DNA of 64,000 nucleotides from the NCBI GenBank assembly GCA_043803745.1, contig JAZDJS010000002.1, forward strand, positions 16,581-80,580, written 5' to 3'. The DNA is from an archaeon (GTDB lineage: Archaea; SpSt-1190; DYHY01). The notes under the pieces were generated by a model. The model did no database searches. It saw only the letters and a list, made by a program, of their open reading frames with translations, and was not told the origin of the DNA. Made by a program: the position numbers and the translations under genes. Below, piece by piece: positions 20,646 to 30,163 of this stretch; within the stretch, counting starts at the first letter, position 1; each line of letters opens with the position of its first letter.

Positions 20646-23600
20646 ATGTCAAAAGAGGTAAATCTGAAGCGTTTTTTAGGCTCCGCAATATTTTTGTTTG
20701 CGTTCGTATTTGCTGCCGGATTCGCGGCAACAACGGTTGATTTGCTCTCTCCGCCGGACAACAACTGGACCAACCTCGATAACAGCACGACCCCCTTCAT
20801 CTTTCAGGCGAACGACACTGCCGACATAATTCTCAACTGCTCCCTTACGGTGGCGGGCGCAAACGTTTCGGCCAACGCTTCCGTTTTCAACGCAACGCCG
20901 ACAACATTCTATGCGAACTCCTCTTTCGCGCTCGGTGCAAGCCAATGGAACGTTACCTGCTACAACACAACCTCGGGAATTTCGGCGGCAAGAACCCTCA
21001 ATTTCGATTCAATCAATCCGGTCGCGGCTTCGGTCTCTCCCGACAACTATTTCAATTCATCATCTCGGAACGTAACTTTCCAGCTCCAGGGCGTTGACAA
21101 TCTAAACCTAACGGGCCTGACGCTTTATGGCAACTGGTCCTCCGGATGGCACGCGAACGCAACGAACTCAACCCCGGTAAACGGGACAACTTGGACCGTT
21201 AACGTGACGGGGATTCCTGACGGGATTTACACCTGGAGCGCATATGCCGCGGATGCCGCGGGCAACTGGAACTTTTCAGCAAACAGGACCCTTGTCGTTG
21301 ACGCAACAGCGCCGACAGTCACCCTTACCGCACCCGTCAACGCAACGAACTCCTCAATCCCCGCAGTCCAGATAAACTATACAGTTTCCGACGCAATCGA
21401 TTCCGCCGGCGTCTGGTGCAAGCCGTTCATCCTCAACGGAAGCACCTGGACGAACCTCTCATATTTCCCGGCAAACACGGTGAACTACACGGTCGCAGGG
21501 GATGACGGGACATATCTCTGGAACTACCAGTGCCAGGACAGCGCGGGAAACGCCGCCTTTGCAACTGCCAACAGGTCGTTCACAATTGATACCGCGTTTC
21601 CAGGAATTGCAGTTGTTTCTCCCGCAATCGGAGAGAACCTGACAGTTTCGGCAATGGCTTTCAACGTCTCGGTTTCCGACATCTCGACTTCCTTGGTCTG
21701 GTATTCCCTCCTTAACGCAACAAGCGACGTCATAGTCCAGAACACCACAATGACCGGAGGGCCCGTTTATTACACGGCAAGCCTTCCGAGCAATTTCTCC
21801 CTTTACCCGCCCGGAATGTACCAGATAATAGCTTATGCGAACGATTCGGTCGGACACGCGAACGCAACGGGAATACTCCCATTCGGACTTGCAGCCGTCA
21901 ACGCAACCCAGATTGAAGGAATGGTAAGCAACGCAATCTTCACCGCGAACTTCACCAACACCAACGGAACCGAGTTTTCCGGGGACATCCAAGAGGACAC
22001 CGAATACAACCTTGTCTTCAACGTAACGGGGTCCGGAATAGTGATAACCCTCGGAAACTTCAGCGCAGCCGACTATGGGCAGGCAAGCGAGCTTAACGCA
22101 ACGGCGCAGGTCGACGTTACCGGCCTTGAGAGCGCTCTGGGAATCGACTTTTACTCCTTCGGCTGGCTTGATATCGGCGATTTTGTCTCTTCAGACTATT
22201 ACGACTATGGGAAAATTCAGATAAACTCGACAGCCGACCTTGCATACTATCTCGGCGGGAGCAAGGATGACCCGACATCAACCCTTGCCTCGGCATGCAA
22301 TGCAACGTTCAGCAACTACCCCTGCTACAACGTTTCCGGCTCTGCAACCACGATATATGTCAGCGCGTTCTCCGGAGGCGGCGTTGGGAACGACACAACC
22401 GCGCCTTCAGTCAGCCTGACAACTCCCGCAGGTTCCGCGCATATCCGGGGCACCTACGACTTGACTGGGACGTACACGGACGGCATCGGTGTAACCAACG
22501 TCACATACTACTACACCAGCTTTTCAAACCTTATCGGATACAGCACAACCTCCCCGCACACAGTTTCCTGGAACACTGCCTTGGTTTCCGACGGGACATA
22601 TACGATAATCGTGAACGCGACCGATGCGAAAGGCAACAAGAACAGCACCAACGCGACCGGAGTTGTCATCGACAACACGGCTCCGACAGTGACCGCCTTC
22701 TCCCTCTCGACAACCTCGGCATATTCCGGGAACACAATAACCGCAACCTGCACGGGCTCCGATGCTTCCGGGACCGTCGCAACAACTGTCGGGAACCTTG
22801 ACTATTCAACCGTCGGGACCCGCCAGGCAAGCTGCACAATAACCGACCAGGCCGGAAACACAGCCGTTTCCTACCTTTCCTACACAATACTTGCAAGCTC
22901 ATCCTCGTCGGCAATAGCTTCCGGAACATACAGGATTTCCGAAAACATTCCGGAGGGAACTGTCTCAATAGTAATCGACCGGGTTATCAAGGGGCAGCTT
23001 GCGAAGTTCGCGGTTATCCCGGATGCCTTGAGGTTCGACGTTACCGCAATAGAACTTGAGACTCTTAGGGATCTTGTCGGGGTTAAGATAAACATTCGGG
23101 GAGCTTCCGCTCCATCTTTGCCGCTCCCGAACGGTTCGGGAAAAGTGAGAGCCTACCTTGAAATCTCCCGGGTGAATTTCGAGGATTCCGCGGTCGGGTT
23201 CGCGAGGATAAGGTTCAGCGTCCCGAAGGAATGGGTTGCTGCGAACTTAGTGGATCCGGCGAAAATCTTCCTCTACCGGCTTGAGGGAAACTCCTGGAAT
23301 AAGCTTTCGACAAGCCTCCTCAGCCAGGATTCGCAGGAATACGTTTTCGAGGCGCAGACTCCCGGGTTCTCGACTTTCGCAATAGCCGGCGCGGTGAACG
23401 CGCCTGAGACGGCGGCGCCAGCTCCTGGAGAAACCCCGGAAAACCAGCCGCCCCAGCAAGAGGGAGCGACGACTACAGTGGAAACAACAACGACAAGTTC
23501 GTCGATGCAGGCAGCAGGAATTCCAGCCAATGCTTCTGCGGGAAAGCCCGCCTATATTGGAATTGTCGCAATCCTGCTGGTCGTTGCGCTTGTTGCCGGA

Positions 23601-23696
23601 GGGGCATACTATTATTTCGTCATCCTCGGCAAGGAAGGTAAGCCCAAATACCGTTTCAAGGGCAAGCACAGGAAAGAGGAAGGGGAAGGGCTCTAG
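20646..23696 (+). CDS. Ig-like repeat surface protein with PGF-pre-PGF domain and C-terminal TM
   Basis: Signal peptide; VDATAPTVTL / DTTAPSVSL repeats; TPGFSTFAI; TM followed by a Lys/Arg tail. Confidence 0.9.
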   Translation: MSKEVNLKRFLGSAIFLFAFVFAAGFAATTVDLLSPPDNNWTNLDNSTTPFIFQANDTADIILNCSLTVAGANVSANASVFNATPTTFYANSSFALGASQWNVTCYNTTSGISAARTLNFDSINPVAASVSPDNYFNSSSRNVTFQLQGVDNLNLTGLTLYGNWSSGWHANATNSTPVNGTTWTVNVTGIPDGIYTWSAYAADAAGNWNFSANRTLVVDATAPTVTLTAPVNATNSSIPAVQINYTVSDAIDSAGVWCKPFILNGSTWTNLSYFPANTVNYTVAGDDGTYLWNYQCQDSAGNAAFATANRSFTIDTAFPGIAVVSPAIGENLTVSAMAFNVSVSDISTSLVWYSLLNATSDVIVQNTTMTGGPVYYTASLPSNFSLYPPGMYQIIAYANDSVGHANATGILPFGLAAVNATQIEGMVSNAIFTANFTNTNGTEFSGDIQEDTEYNLVFNVTGSGIVITLGNFSAADYGQASELNATAQVDVTGLESALGIDFYSFGWLDIGDFVSSDYYDYGKIQINSTADLAYYLGGSKDDPTSTLASACNATFSNYPCYNVSGSATTIYVSAFSGGGVGNDTTAPSVSLTTPAGSAHIRGTYDLTGTYTDGIGVTNVTYYYTSFSNLIGYSTTSPHTVSWNTALVSDGTYTIIVNATDAKGNKNSTNATGVVIDNTAPTVTAFSLSTTSAYSGNTITATCTGSDASGTVATTVGNLDYSTVGTRQASCTITDQAGNTAVSYLSYTILASSSSSAIASGTYRISENIPEGTVSIVIDRVIKGQLAKFAVIPDALRFDVTAIELETLRDLVGVKINIRGASAPSLPLPNGSGKVRAYLEISRVNFEDSAVGFARIRFSVPKEWVAANLVDPAKIFLYRLEGNSWNKLSTSLLSQDSQEYVFEAQTPGFSTFAIAGAVNAPETAAPAPGETPENQPPQQEGATTTVETTTTSSSMQAAGIPANASAGKPAYIGIVAILLVVALVAGGAYYYFVILGKEGKPKYRFKGKHRKEEGEGL

Positions 23697-23766
23697 TTCC
23701 GAGAACCCCTGCCCCGCAGCCTGGATTTTGCCGGGGAAACTCTTTTAAACCTAAACAAATGACTAT

Positions 23767-24981
23767 TTGAAAATGGTCAACCTCTTGGTTATAGATCACC
23801 ACCTCTTGAGAACCGAGAAACTCGAAGCACAAATTGCCGCACAAACCCCCGAGAAAACTAAGCTTGGTGTACCGAAAGCCGATGATTATCGGGGTTATGT
23901 CGAACTTGTCAGAAACTCCCTCGCTGCCGTAAAGCCCGGTTATGCTCTTTCGGATTCCGACCCTGACGGGATTTGCGCAATCATTCCATTCATGCTTTCC
24001 CTTCCGGAAAACGAGCGGCCTCCTTTCGAGCTGACAAGAAGGAAACTGGCTGCTGCCGATTTTGAAAAGTGGAATCGGACCGGAGTTAAGCAGGTTCTTG
24101 CAACCGACTGGTATCCTGTCTACGAATCCGATGTTTCCGGAGCGGAAAGCGTGACAATCCTGAACCCGACGGTTTCCGGGCTTTCCTCACTTAATTGCGC
24201 GACAATGATTATGTATGATGCGCTTGCGGCGCAGCTTCCGGTCGAACTCCAGGAAACCGCCCTCGCCCTTGCTGCAATAGGGATTGTCGGGGACAAGGCT
24301 TCCGAGTGCGGCGGGGAAATACTCCGGAAAGTTGCTGAGAAATATCCGCAGCAGTTCCCGGGTCTTGCCGAAGCAGTTTCCCGGACGCCAATCAACAATT
24401 CAGCAGTGACCCGGACGCCCCTTGGCACGCTCGTCGAGCGTATGTGGGCGCCATATGTTTTGGGCGGGGATGCGGGCTCCACCGAAGCGGCGGGCGTCCT
24501 CCTTGCCGGAGCGCCCTTCAGCCTTCCCGAACTCCTTGACAAGGAATCGGAAAATCCGGCTGCCAAGTATCTGCGGGAGCGCGGCACTGAATTAACTTCA
24601 ATTCTCGCGCCCGAACTCGAAAGATTCAATCGAACCGCAACTTCCCAAGGTCCAACAATACTTTACGTTACGCAACAGAGAAACCAGGGAGTTGTCCAGT
24701 ATTTTGCGAATGTCCTTTCCGAGAACGAACCGGAGAGCGTAATCCTGATGGGACAGGCAAATCCGGGAGCGGACGGCCTTGTAAAATATTCGGCAAGGAG
24801 GATAGCCGTCAAGGTCGACCTCGGGAAACTCGCGAAGGAAATTGTAGCTGAGGGAAACGGCATTATCGCCGGGGGAAGGCCGGATTCAGCGGGCTTCCAA
24901 GTCCCGCCGGCCTACTGCGCGCAGTTCGAGCAGGAATTCGCCGGGAAGGTTGAGTCGGCTCTGGCAAGCCCCTCAAGCTAG
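23767..24981 (+). CDS. DHH-family phosphoesterase (RecJ/GAN-like) with rearranged motif order
   Basis: LLVIDHH, DSDPDG, LATD, ILNP, GIVGD, YSAR, GGRPDSAGF (DHHA1). Confidence 0.75.
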   Translation: MKMVNLLVIDHHLLRTEKLEAQIAAQTPEKTKLGVPKADDYRGYVELVRNSLAAVKPGYALSDSDPDGICAIIPFMLSLPENERPPFELTRRKLAAADFEKWNRTGVKQVLATDWYPVYESDVSGAESVTILNPTVSGLSSLNCATMIMYDALAAQLPVELQETALALAAIGIVGDKASECGGEILRKVAEKYPQQFPGLAEAVSRTPINNSAVTRTPLGTLVERMWAPYVLGGDAGSTEAAGVLLAGAPFSLPELLDKESENPAAKYLRERGTELTSILAPELERFNRTATSQGPTILYVTQQRNQGVVQYFANVLSENEPESVILMGQANPGADGLVKYSARRIAVKVDLGKLAKEIVAEGNGIIAGGRPDSAGFQVPPAYCAQFEQEFAGKVESALASPSS

Positions 24982-25027
24982 TCAGTTTTTTATACCCTAG
25001 TTTCAGCGAGAAAGTGCGATTTCTTAA

Positions 25028-25225
25028 ACATTCCTCTGGATTCTCGGATCGGTAACCCTTGTCAGCCTGATTTCCCTTGTGGGGGTTTTCGCCCTTGGGC
25101 TGCGGGAAAGGACGCTCAAGAAAATCATACTGATGCTTGTCGGCTTCTCAGCCGGCGCGCTGTTCGGCTTCTTCCTGACCGGGATAGGCGTCATGCTCTC
25201 GGTCAAGATTGTTTTCGGCGGCTGA
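25028..25225 (+). pseudogene. ZIP (ZupT-like) metal transporter remnant with a large internal deletion
   Basis: Manual translation FLWILGSVTLVSLISLVGVFALGLRERTLKKIILMLVGFSAGALFG|FFLTGIGVMLSVKIVFGG*; no in-frame start. Confidence 0.6.
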
Positions 25226-25292
25226 AAAAACCCTTTTTTGGGCAATAACTCCCCGCGTTCTTTTAAACCGCTCGTTTTTCCCCAAGGGCAGG

Positions 25293-27458
25293 ATGGCTTT
25301 GATTGGAATGAAGAAAGGAATCAAGAGTCCTTTAAGGGTTTTGTTCGGAAGTATTTTTGCGTTTTCAGCATTGTTCCTGCTTCTGGCAGCCGTTCCTGTG
25401 GGAGCGATAACCTTCACGACAGTAAGGCCGGTTCTCTCGACAATCCCTATTGTCAACAACACGACCAACACCACGACAACGACAATCAAAACCCTTTCAA
25501 CAATCCCCCTCCAGCTCACGACAACCTCGATAAAGGTCCTCTCGACAATTCCAATCCAGCTCACAACAAGCATCCCACCTACTACGACCTCGGTAAAGGT
25601 CCTCTCGACAATACCCTTCCAACTAACCACAATCCCGATTGTCAACAACACAACGACAACCACGACAATCAAGACACTAGTCCCACTCCTCAACGCATCG
25701 GGAATCGTTTTGGGAGATGAGCTTTCGGTAGTTCCCTTGAGCCCAGATGTCCTTCTTTCCAAGTCTCTCGCGTTCGTCGCAGGAGGCCAGGGCGCAATCG
25801 CGATTGACCGGACCCTGCATAAGGTTCTTGCGAACCTTTCCCTTCCATTCACCCCCGTCGATGTTGCGCTTTCCCCGGATGACAAGATACTCTATGTCCT
25901 TGGAAGAAAGACAATCTCAGACGGCTTTGGGCACACATACTATCCCTCTTATCTTGCGCGGGTCAACACAAGCACCTTCGAGCTGATTTCAACCTCGACA
26001 ATCTCGACCCTCTTCAAGGCGCGGGACCTTTTCGTTGCGCCGAACGGGCGGGTATATGTCTCAACCCAGCACAAGGATACCGGGCGGTCAATGGTGTTTG
26101 TCTACGCTCCCGGGACTTCGGGCGCGATGGTAAACACAGTGAACCTCCTCGGCTCGCCAACGGCTTTCCCAATCCTTTCAATGACCTCCGACCCCTCGGG
26201 AATGAAGGTTTTCTTCGGCGGATGGGATTCCTACGCTCGCCTCTATGAGGTTAACTGGCTTATGAACCGCCTCTACTACCATCCCCTTGGCTATTATTCG
26301 ATTGGCGGGATAACGAGCGTTGTAATGTCCGGTGCTTCGCGCCTCTACATCACAAGGCAGAACCAGCCGTTCATAAACTACTATTCGCCCCTGACGCCCT
26401 ACCGGAAACACAAGTGGAGCACGGGATATGTTCCTGTTGCACTTGCGGCAAGCTCGGATGGAACGACGCTTTTCGCTGTCGGAAGGGTTAGCGGAACTCC
26501 GAAAATATACAAGTATTCCGGGTTGAAGGCGCCCTCTATCTCGAACCCGGACTATTCCGTCCCTGACGCGTCCTATCTCTACACCTCGGTTTCCTCTGCA
26601 TCGCTTTCTCTTCCGGTCGGCCAGATTGCCCAGTCAATAACCCTGAGCAGCGACGGCTCAGAGGCGGTGATAACGACTGCAATAGGGACAATATATCCGG
26701 CTTCGACAGGCAACCGGGTGAGTTCCTATAGCACGTCAACTCTCGGGAAGAACTGGGAAGTCCAGGTCCCCTGGGTTGCCGCAATGTCAAAGGCAGCCCT
26801 TACGAAGAACAACGTTGTCTGGCTGCACACGCCACCTGCCCCGAACATCACGATAATGCCCTTCCTGCCGCTTGAGATAGACCCGGAAATCCTAGGCATC
26901 TTTGCAAACGAGAGCACGCCTTCCGAAAACGAGAGTTCCTCAGGGAACGGGACCATTTTCATCCCGGGCTTGAAGGACCTTCTCGGCGACACGAAGTTCG
27001 ACTTTTTCAAAATCCCTGAAAACGTCTCAACCAACTTTACCGAGCCGGATCCCGGGGAAAGCGACCCAGTTGTCACAACGACAATTGAACCCGAGGCAGT
27101 GATTCCGGAGTCCTCTTCGGGAAGCTCGTCATCCGGAGGAAGCTCTTCTTCCTCAGGAGGCGGATTCGACGGTTCCGTCCCGGCCTTGGGCAACGAAACC
27201 CAGATTCAAGGAGGTCCTCAGCCTGAAAGCCCCGCTGAAGAAACCGGAGGGATAAACCCGCAGCCCGAGCCTCCCTCAGGGGACTTGCAGCTTCCGGGCG
27301 GAGAAAATGAAGATGGCGCCCCAGCCCCGGCAGTTGACAGCAAGCTCAACCCGCAGCCCGAGCCTCCCGCGCCCAAGTTCGAAATCCCGATAATCTCCCC
27401 GATTTTCGAGGCAATCGCGAACTTCTTCAAGGCTATTTTCGGCGGGGGCAAGCAATAA
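25293..27458 (+). CDS. Secreted YVTN/YncE-type beta-propeller protein with Thr-rich repeats and an acidic Pro-rich tail
   Basis: Signal peptide; LSTIP repeats; PVDVALSPDDKILYV; PVALAASSDGTTLF; NPQPEPP repeats. Confidence 0.85.
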   Translation: MALIGMKKGIKSPLRVLFGSIFAFSALFLLLAAVPVGAITFTTVRPVLSTIPIVNNTTNTTTTTIKTLSTIPLQLTTTSIKVLSTIPIQLTTSIPPTTTSVKVLSTIPFQLTTIPIVNNTTTTTTIKTLVPLLNASGIVLGDELSVVPLSPDVLLSKSLAFVAGGQGAIAIDRTLHKVLANLSLPFTPVDVALSPDDKILYVLGRKTISDGFGHTYYPSYLARVNTSTFELISTSTISTLFKARDLFVAPNGRVYVSTQHKDTGRSMVFVYAPGTSGAMVNTVNLLGSPTAFPILSMTSDPSGMKVFFGGWDSYARLYEVNWLMNRLYYHPLGYYSIGGITSVVMSGASRLYITRQNQPFINYYSPLTPYRKHKWSTGYVPVALAASSDGTTLFAVGRVSGTPKIYKYSGLKAPSISNPDYSVPDASYLYTSVSSASLSLPVGQIAQSITLSSDGSEAVITTAIGTIYPASTGNRVSSYSTSTLGKNWEVQVPWVAAMSKAALTKNNVVWLHTPPAPNITIMPFLPLEIDPEILGIFANESTPSENESSSGNGTIFIPGLKDLLGDTKFDFFKIPENVSTNFTEPDPGESDPVVTTTIEPEAVIPESSSGSSSSGGSSSSSGGGFDGSVPALGNETQIQGGPQPESPAEETGGINPQPEPPSGDLQLPGGENEDGAPAPAVDSKLNPQPEPPAPKFEIPIISPIFEAIANFFKAIFGGGKQ

Positions 27459-28560
27459 GCCAATCGGCCCCGCGGCTGCCGTAGGCAACGATCATTCTTG
27501 CAGCTTCGAGAATGTTTTCTGAATCCCGCCCAAGGATGATCGTGTTCAGGCCAGCCCTTCTTCCGGCGCCGCCGTCCTTCTCCAAATCATCCCCTATGAA
27601 ATGGCTTGCCCGGACGTCCCCGGTCTCCCGTTCAAGTATTTGCTCGAACATCCCCGTTCCCGGCTTTTTGCATTCGCAGCCGTCGTCCTTCGTGTGGGGA
27701 CAGTATGAATAGCTGTCAACTTCGATTCCGGCGTCTGCATACCTTTGAACGAGCCGTTTGAAGACTCCTTCAACTTCCGCAGGACTCATCAGCCCCTTTC
27801 CTATCCAGGACTGGTTGCTTACTATATGCAGCGCGTATCCCTGCTCTTTCAGCAGCCGAAGCGCCGGGAGGCTTTCCGGATATATCTCGTCAGTTGGAAT
27901 TATCGGGGGGCACTTTGAGTTGTCGACAAGAACCCCGTCCTTGTCAAGGAAAACTATTTTCTTCATCGGCATCCCGAGTAGTCCGTAAACATTGCTTCTT
28001 ACCTGCTGGAAAACCGCTCCCTCGCTCCCTCCGCAATAGATGAGCGCAGAATTCGGAAGGCTTGCCGCAAGACCCTCGAAATTTTCCCTCAGTTGATGCA
28101 TTTTCTGAAGCTCTTCGGAAACTTGTTTTTCACCCTCCCTTTCATTGACCCGTGCGAAAGCTATTTCCGGCTCGCAAACGAAGAAAAGGGCAAGATCAGG
28201 GTCGGGGAAGAATGAATTGAGCGCCTTCAGCTCTTCGGCAGGGAGTCCCGTCTGGTAGCCGAGAGCGGCATATTTGCTCCGGTCCATCAATATCAGGCAG
28301 TCCCTTTCAAGAAGCGGAGAAATCTCCTCGGCAAACTGCTTTCTCCTGTCAGCCGAGAAAAGGAATGCCTCGACATAAGGGTCCCTGAGCTCCGAGGGCC
28401 TTTCTGAGCGGTATTTCTTTATCAGACCGTCCGCGAATCCGCTTGGTTCCCTGAAAACGTGCGCTTCAATCCCCAGCGCGTCAAGTCGGTTCTTCATCAG
28501 CTTTAATTGGGTCGTCTTCCCGGTCCCGCTCATCCCCTCGAAAGCAGCTATTCTTGCCAC
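27433..28560 (-). CDS. tmk: dTMP kinase fused to a HAD-IIIA (GmhB-like) phosphatase
   Basis: FEGMSGTGKTTQ, FREP, DRSKY; then FLDKDGVL, VSNQS, YCPH..CECKKPGTGM, FIGDD. GTG 28560 overlaps the upstream stop. Confidence 0.8.
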   Translation of the reverse strand: MARIAAFEGMSGTGKTTQLKLMKNRLDALGIEAHVFREPSGFADGLIKKYRSERPSELRDPYVEAFLFSADRRKQFAEEISPLLERDCLILMDRSKYAALGYQTGLPAEELKALNSFFPDPDLALFFVCEPEIAFARVNEREGEKQVSEELQKMHQLRENFEGLAASLPNSALIYCGGSEGAVFQQVRSNVYGLLGMPMKKIVFLDKDGVLVDNSKCPPIIPTDEIYPESLPALRLLKEQGYALHIVSNQSWIGKGLMSPAEVEGVFKRLVQRYADAGIEVDSYSYCPHTKDDGCECKKPGTGMFEQILERETGDVRASHFIGDDLEKDGGAGRRAGLNTIILGRDSENILEAARMIVAYGSRGADWLIACPRRK

Positions 28561-29201
28561 TAGCGTCCCCCTTCGCGATAGCCCTTCGAGCCGAGAGCTG
28601 AAAGGTCCCGGTAAAGCCAAAAGGATTCCCCAAGATACCTTTTCTTGAACTGGCGGGATGGAATCCTGTCGACAATCATTACATCGTTCCATCCGTTCGG
28701 GACAATCGGGACCTGGAAAAGCTCGTCAACCCCCGAAACTTTTGCAATGAGGATTTCCTCTCCGTTCCTGAGGCCGAGATATGCTCGATGTCCGCCGTCA
28801 ATGAGGACGGGGAGGGAAAGCTTGCTGCAGCCCCTTTCGATTTGCTGGGGGCAGGCGAGGAAATATTTCCCCTGTTCGACTATCGGCGGAGCAAGAACGA
28901 CTTCGCCGTCGGGAGTTTCAAGGATTGCAAGTCCAGAAAGATTGAGCGTGTCAATCCCCGCGTCTTTGTGAAGACGTTCTCGGAGCTTCTCCTGGAAAAG
29001 GACCGTCTCCCGGACAAGATATTCGGTTGTCAGGTTGAGCTCCTCGGGCCTGACCGCCTCCGACTCAATCAAAGTTCTTTTGTAGACCCCCCGATCCTTC
29101 CTGGGGATTTGCTCGCTCCCGACAATCCCGACTTTCCGGAGCCTTCCCTCAAGGGCAGCCCAGGGCAGGATTTCCTTGACGCCGATTGAGGAAACATCCA
29201 T
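28560..29201 (-). CDS. ParB/Srx-like fold protein
   Basis: PPIVE...PVLIDGGHRAY motif. Confidence 0.6.
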   Translation of the reverse strand: MDVSSIGVKEILPWAALEGRLRKVGIVGSEQIPRKDRGVYKRTLIESEAVRPEELNLTTEYLVRETVLFQEKLRERLHKDAGIDTLNLSGLAILETPDGEVVLAPPIVEQGKYFLACPQQIERGCSKLSLPVLIDGGHRAYLGLRNGEEILIAKVSGVDELFQVPIVPNGWNDVMIVDRIPSRQFKKRYLGESFWLYRDLSALGSKGYREGGR

Positions 29202-29299
29202 TCACTAGAAGAGTGTTGTATTTCCTATAGCCGTTTCTCACCTATTTTCAACCTCACTGTTGTATATTATTAAAAAGGGACGCGCGCCCTTTCCGGAGG

Positions 29300-30157
29300 A
29301 TGCTCGACAGGAAAATCTCCCGACAGATTGAGGAATTCGTCCTTACCCGCCCCAGGACGGTCCAGGAAATCGCCGAGCTCCTGAAGAAGAATTGGCGGAC
29401 TGCCGAAAGCTATGTCGAAAGGATTGCTTCAGAGGAGGGCACCTTGGCAATGCACACCTTCCGCGGGGGAACGAGGGGCGCGCTCAAGCTTGTCTACTGG
29501 AGCAATATCGAGCGCCCGCATTCAACAGCGCTCCAGGAAAAGCTTTTCAGGCAGATTGAGATTGGCAGGAACAAGTCTGATTTCTCGCCTTTCGACATCT
29601 ACCAGTTCGTTCCGGACAAAAAGAAGGAGGCATATCTTGAGGAGCAGGCTGACGATACGAAGGAAGTCAGGCAGGACCTGGTCGGACCCCTCAGAAGCGC
29701 GAAAGAGCAAGTGTTGATTTTCTCGGGGAACCTTTCTTGGGCGAACCTTGTCCAGAAAGGGACGAAGATGGTTGATGTTTTCGAGGAGCTCGGACGCGCC
29801 GGAGTTTCGGTGAAATTTCTCGTGTCCAACCTCGACATTTCCGCAATCCAAAGCTGGAAAAAGCTCAATTCGGTGAACGAGCGGCTTGGCCGGGACGCAA
29901 TCGAAGTCAGGTGCGCCCAGCACCCCTTGCGGGCATTCATCGTTGACAAGAATCTTGTCCAGTTCAAGGAAACGCTCTCGCCTTCCAACTATGAGAGGGG
30001 CGAACTGAAGCGGAAAACCTATGTCTTCTACAAGATATATGACGAGGAATGGGTCGGCTGGATGCAGAAGGTTTTCTGGAATCTTTTCAGGTCCGCGCTG
30101 CCGGCCGAGGAGCGGGTCCGGAACCTCAGGAAAATCTCCGGGCTCCGGAGAATCTAG
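29300..30157 (+). CDS. Winged-HTH transcriptional regulator with TrmB/PLD-like effector domain
   Basis: PRTVQEIAELLKKNWRTAESY; SAKEQVLIFSG, GVSVKFL, LRAFIVD. Confidence 0.75.
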   Translation: MLDRKISRQIEEFVLTRPRTVQEIAELLKKNWRTAESYVERIASEEGTLAMHTFRGGTRGALKLVYWSNIERPHSTALQEKLFRQIEIGRNKSDFSPFDIYQFVPDKKKEAYLEEQADDTKEVRQDLVGPLRSAKEQVLIFSGNLSWANLVQKGTKMVDVFEELGRAGVSVKFLVSNLDISAIQSWKKLNSVNERLGRDAIEVRCAQHPLRAFIVDKNLVQFKETLSPSNYERGELKRKTYVFYKIYDEEWVGWMQKVFWNLFRSALPAEERVRNLRKISGLRRI

Positions 30158-30163
30158 TGCTTG

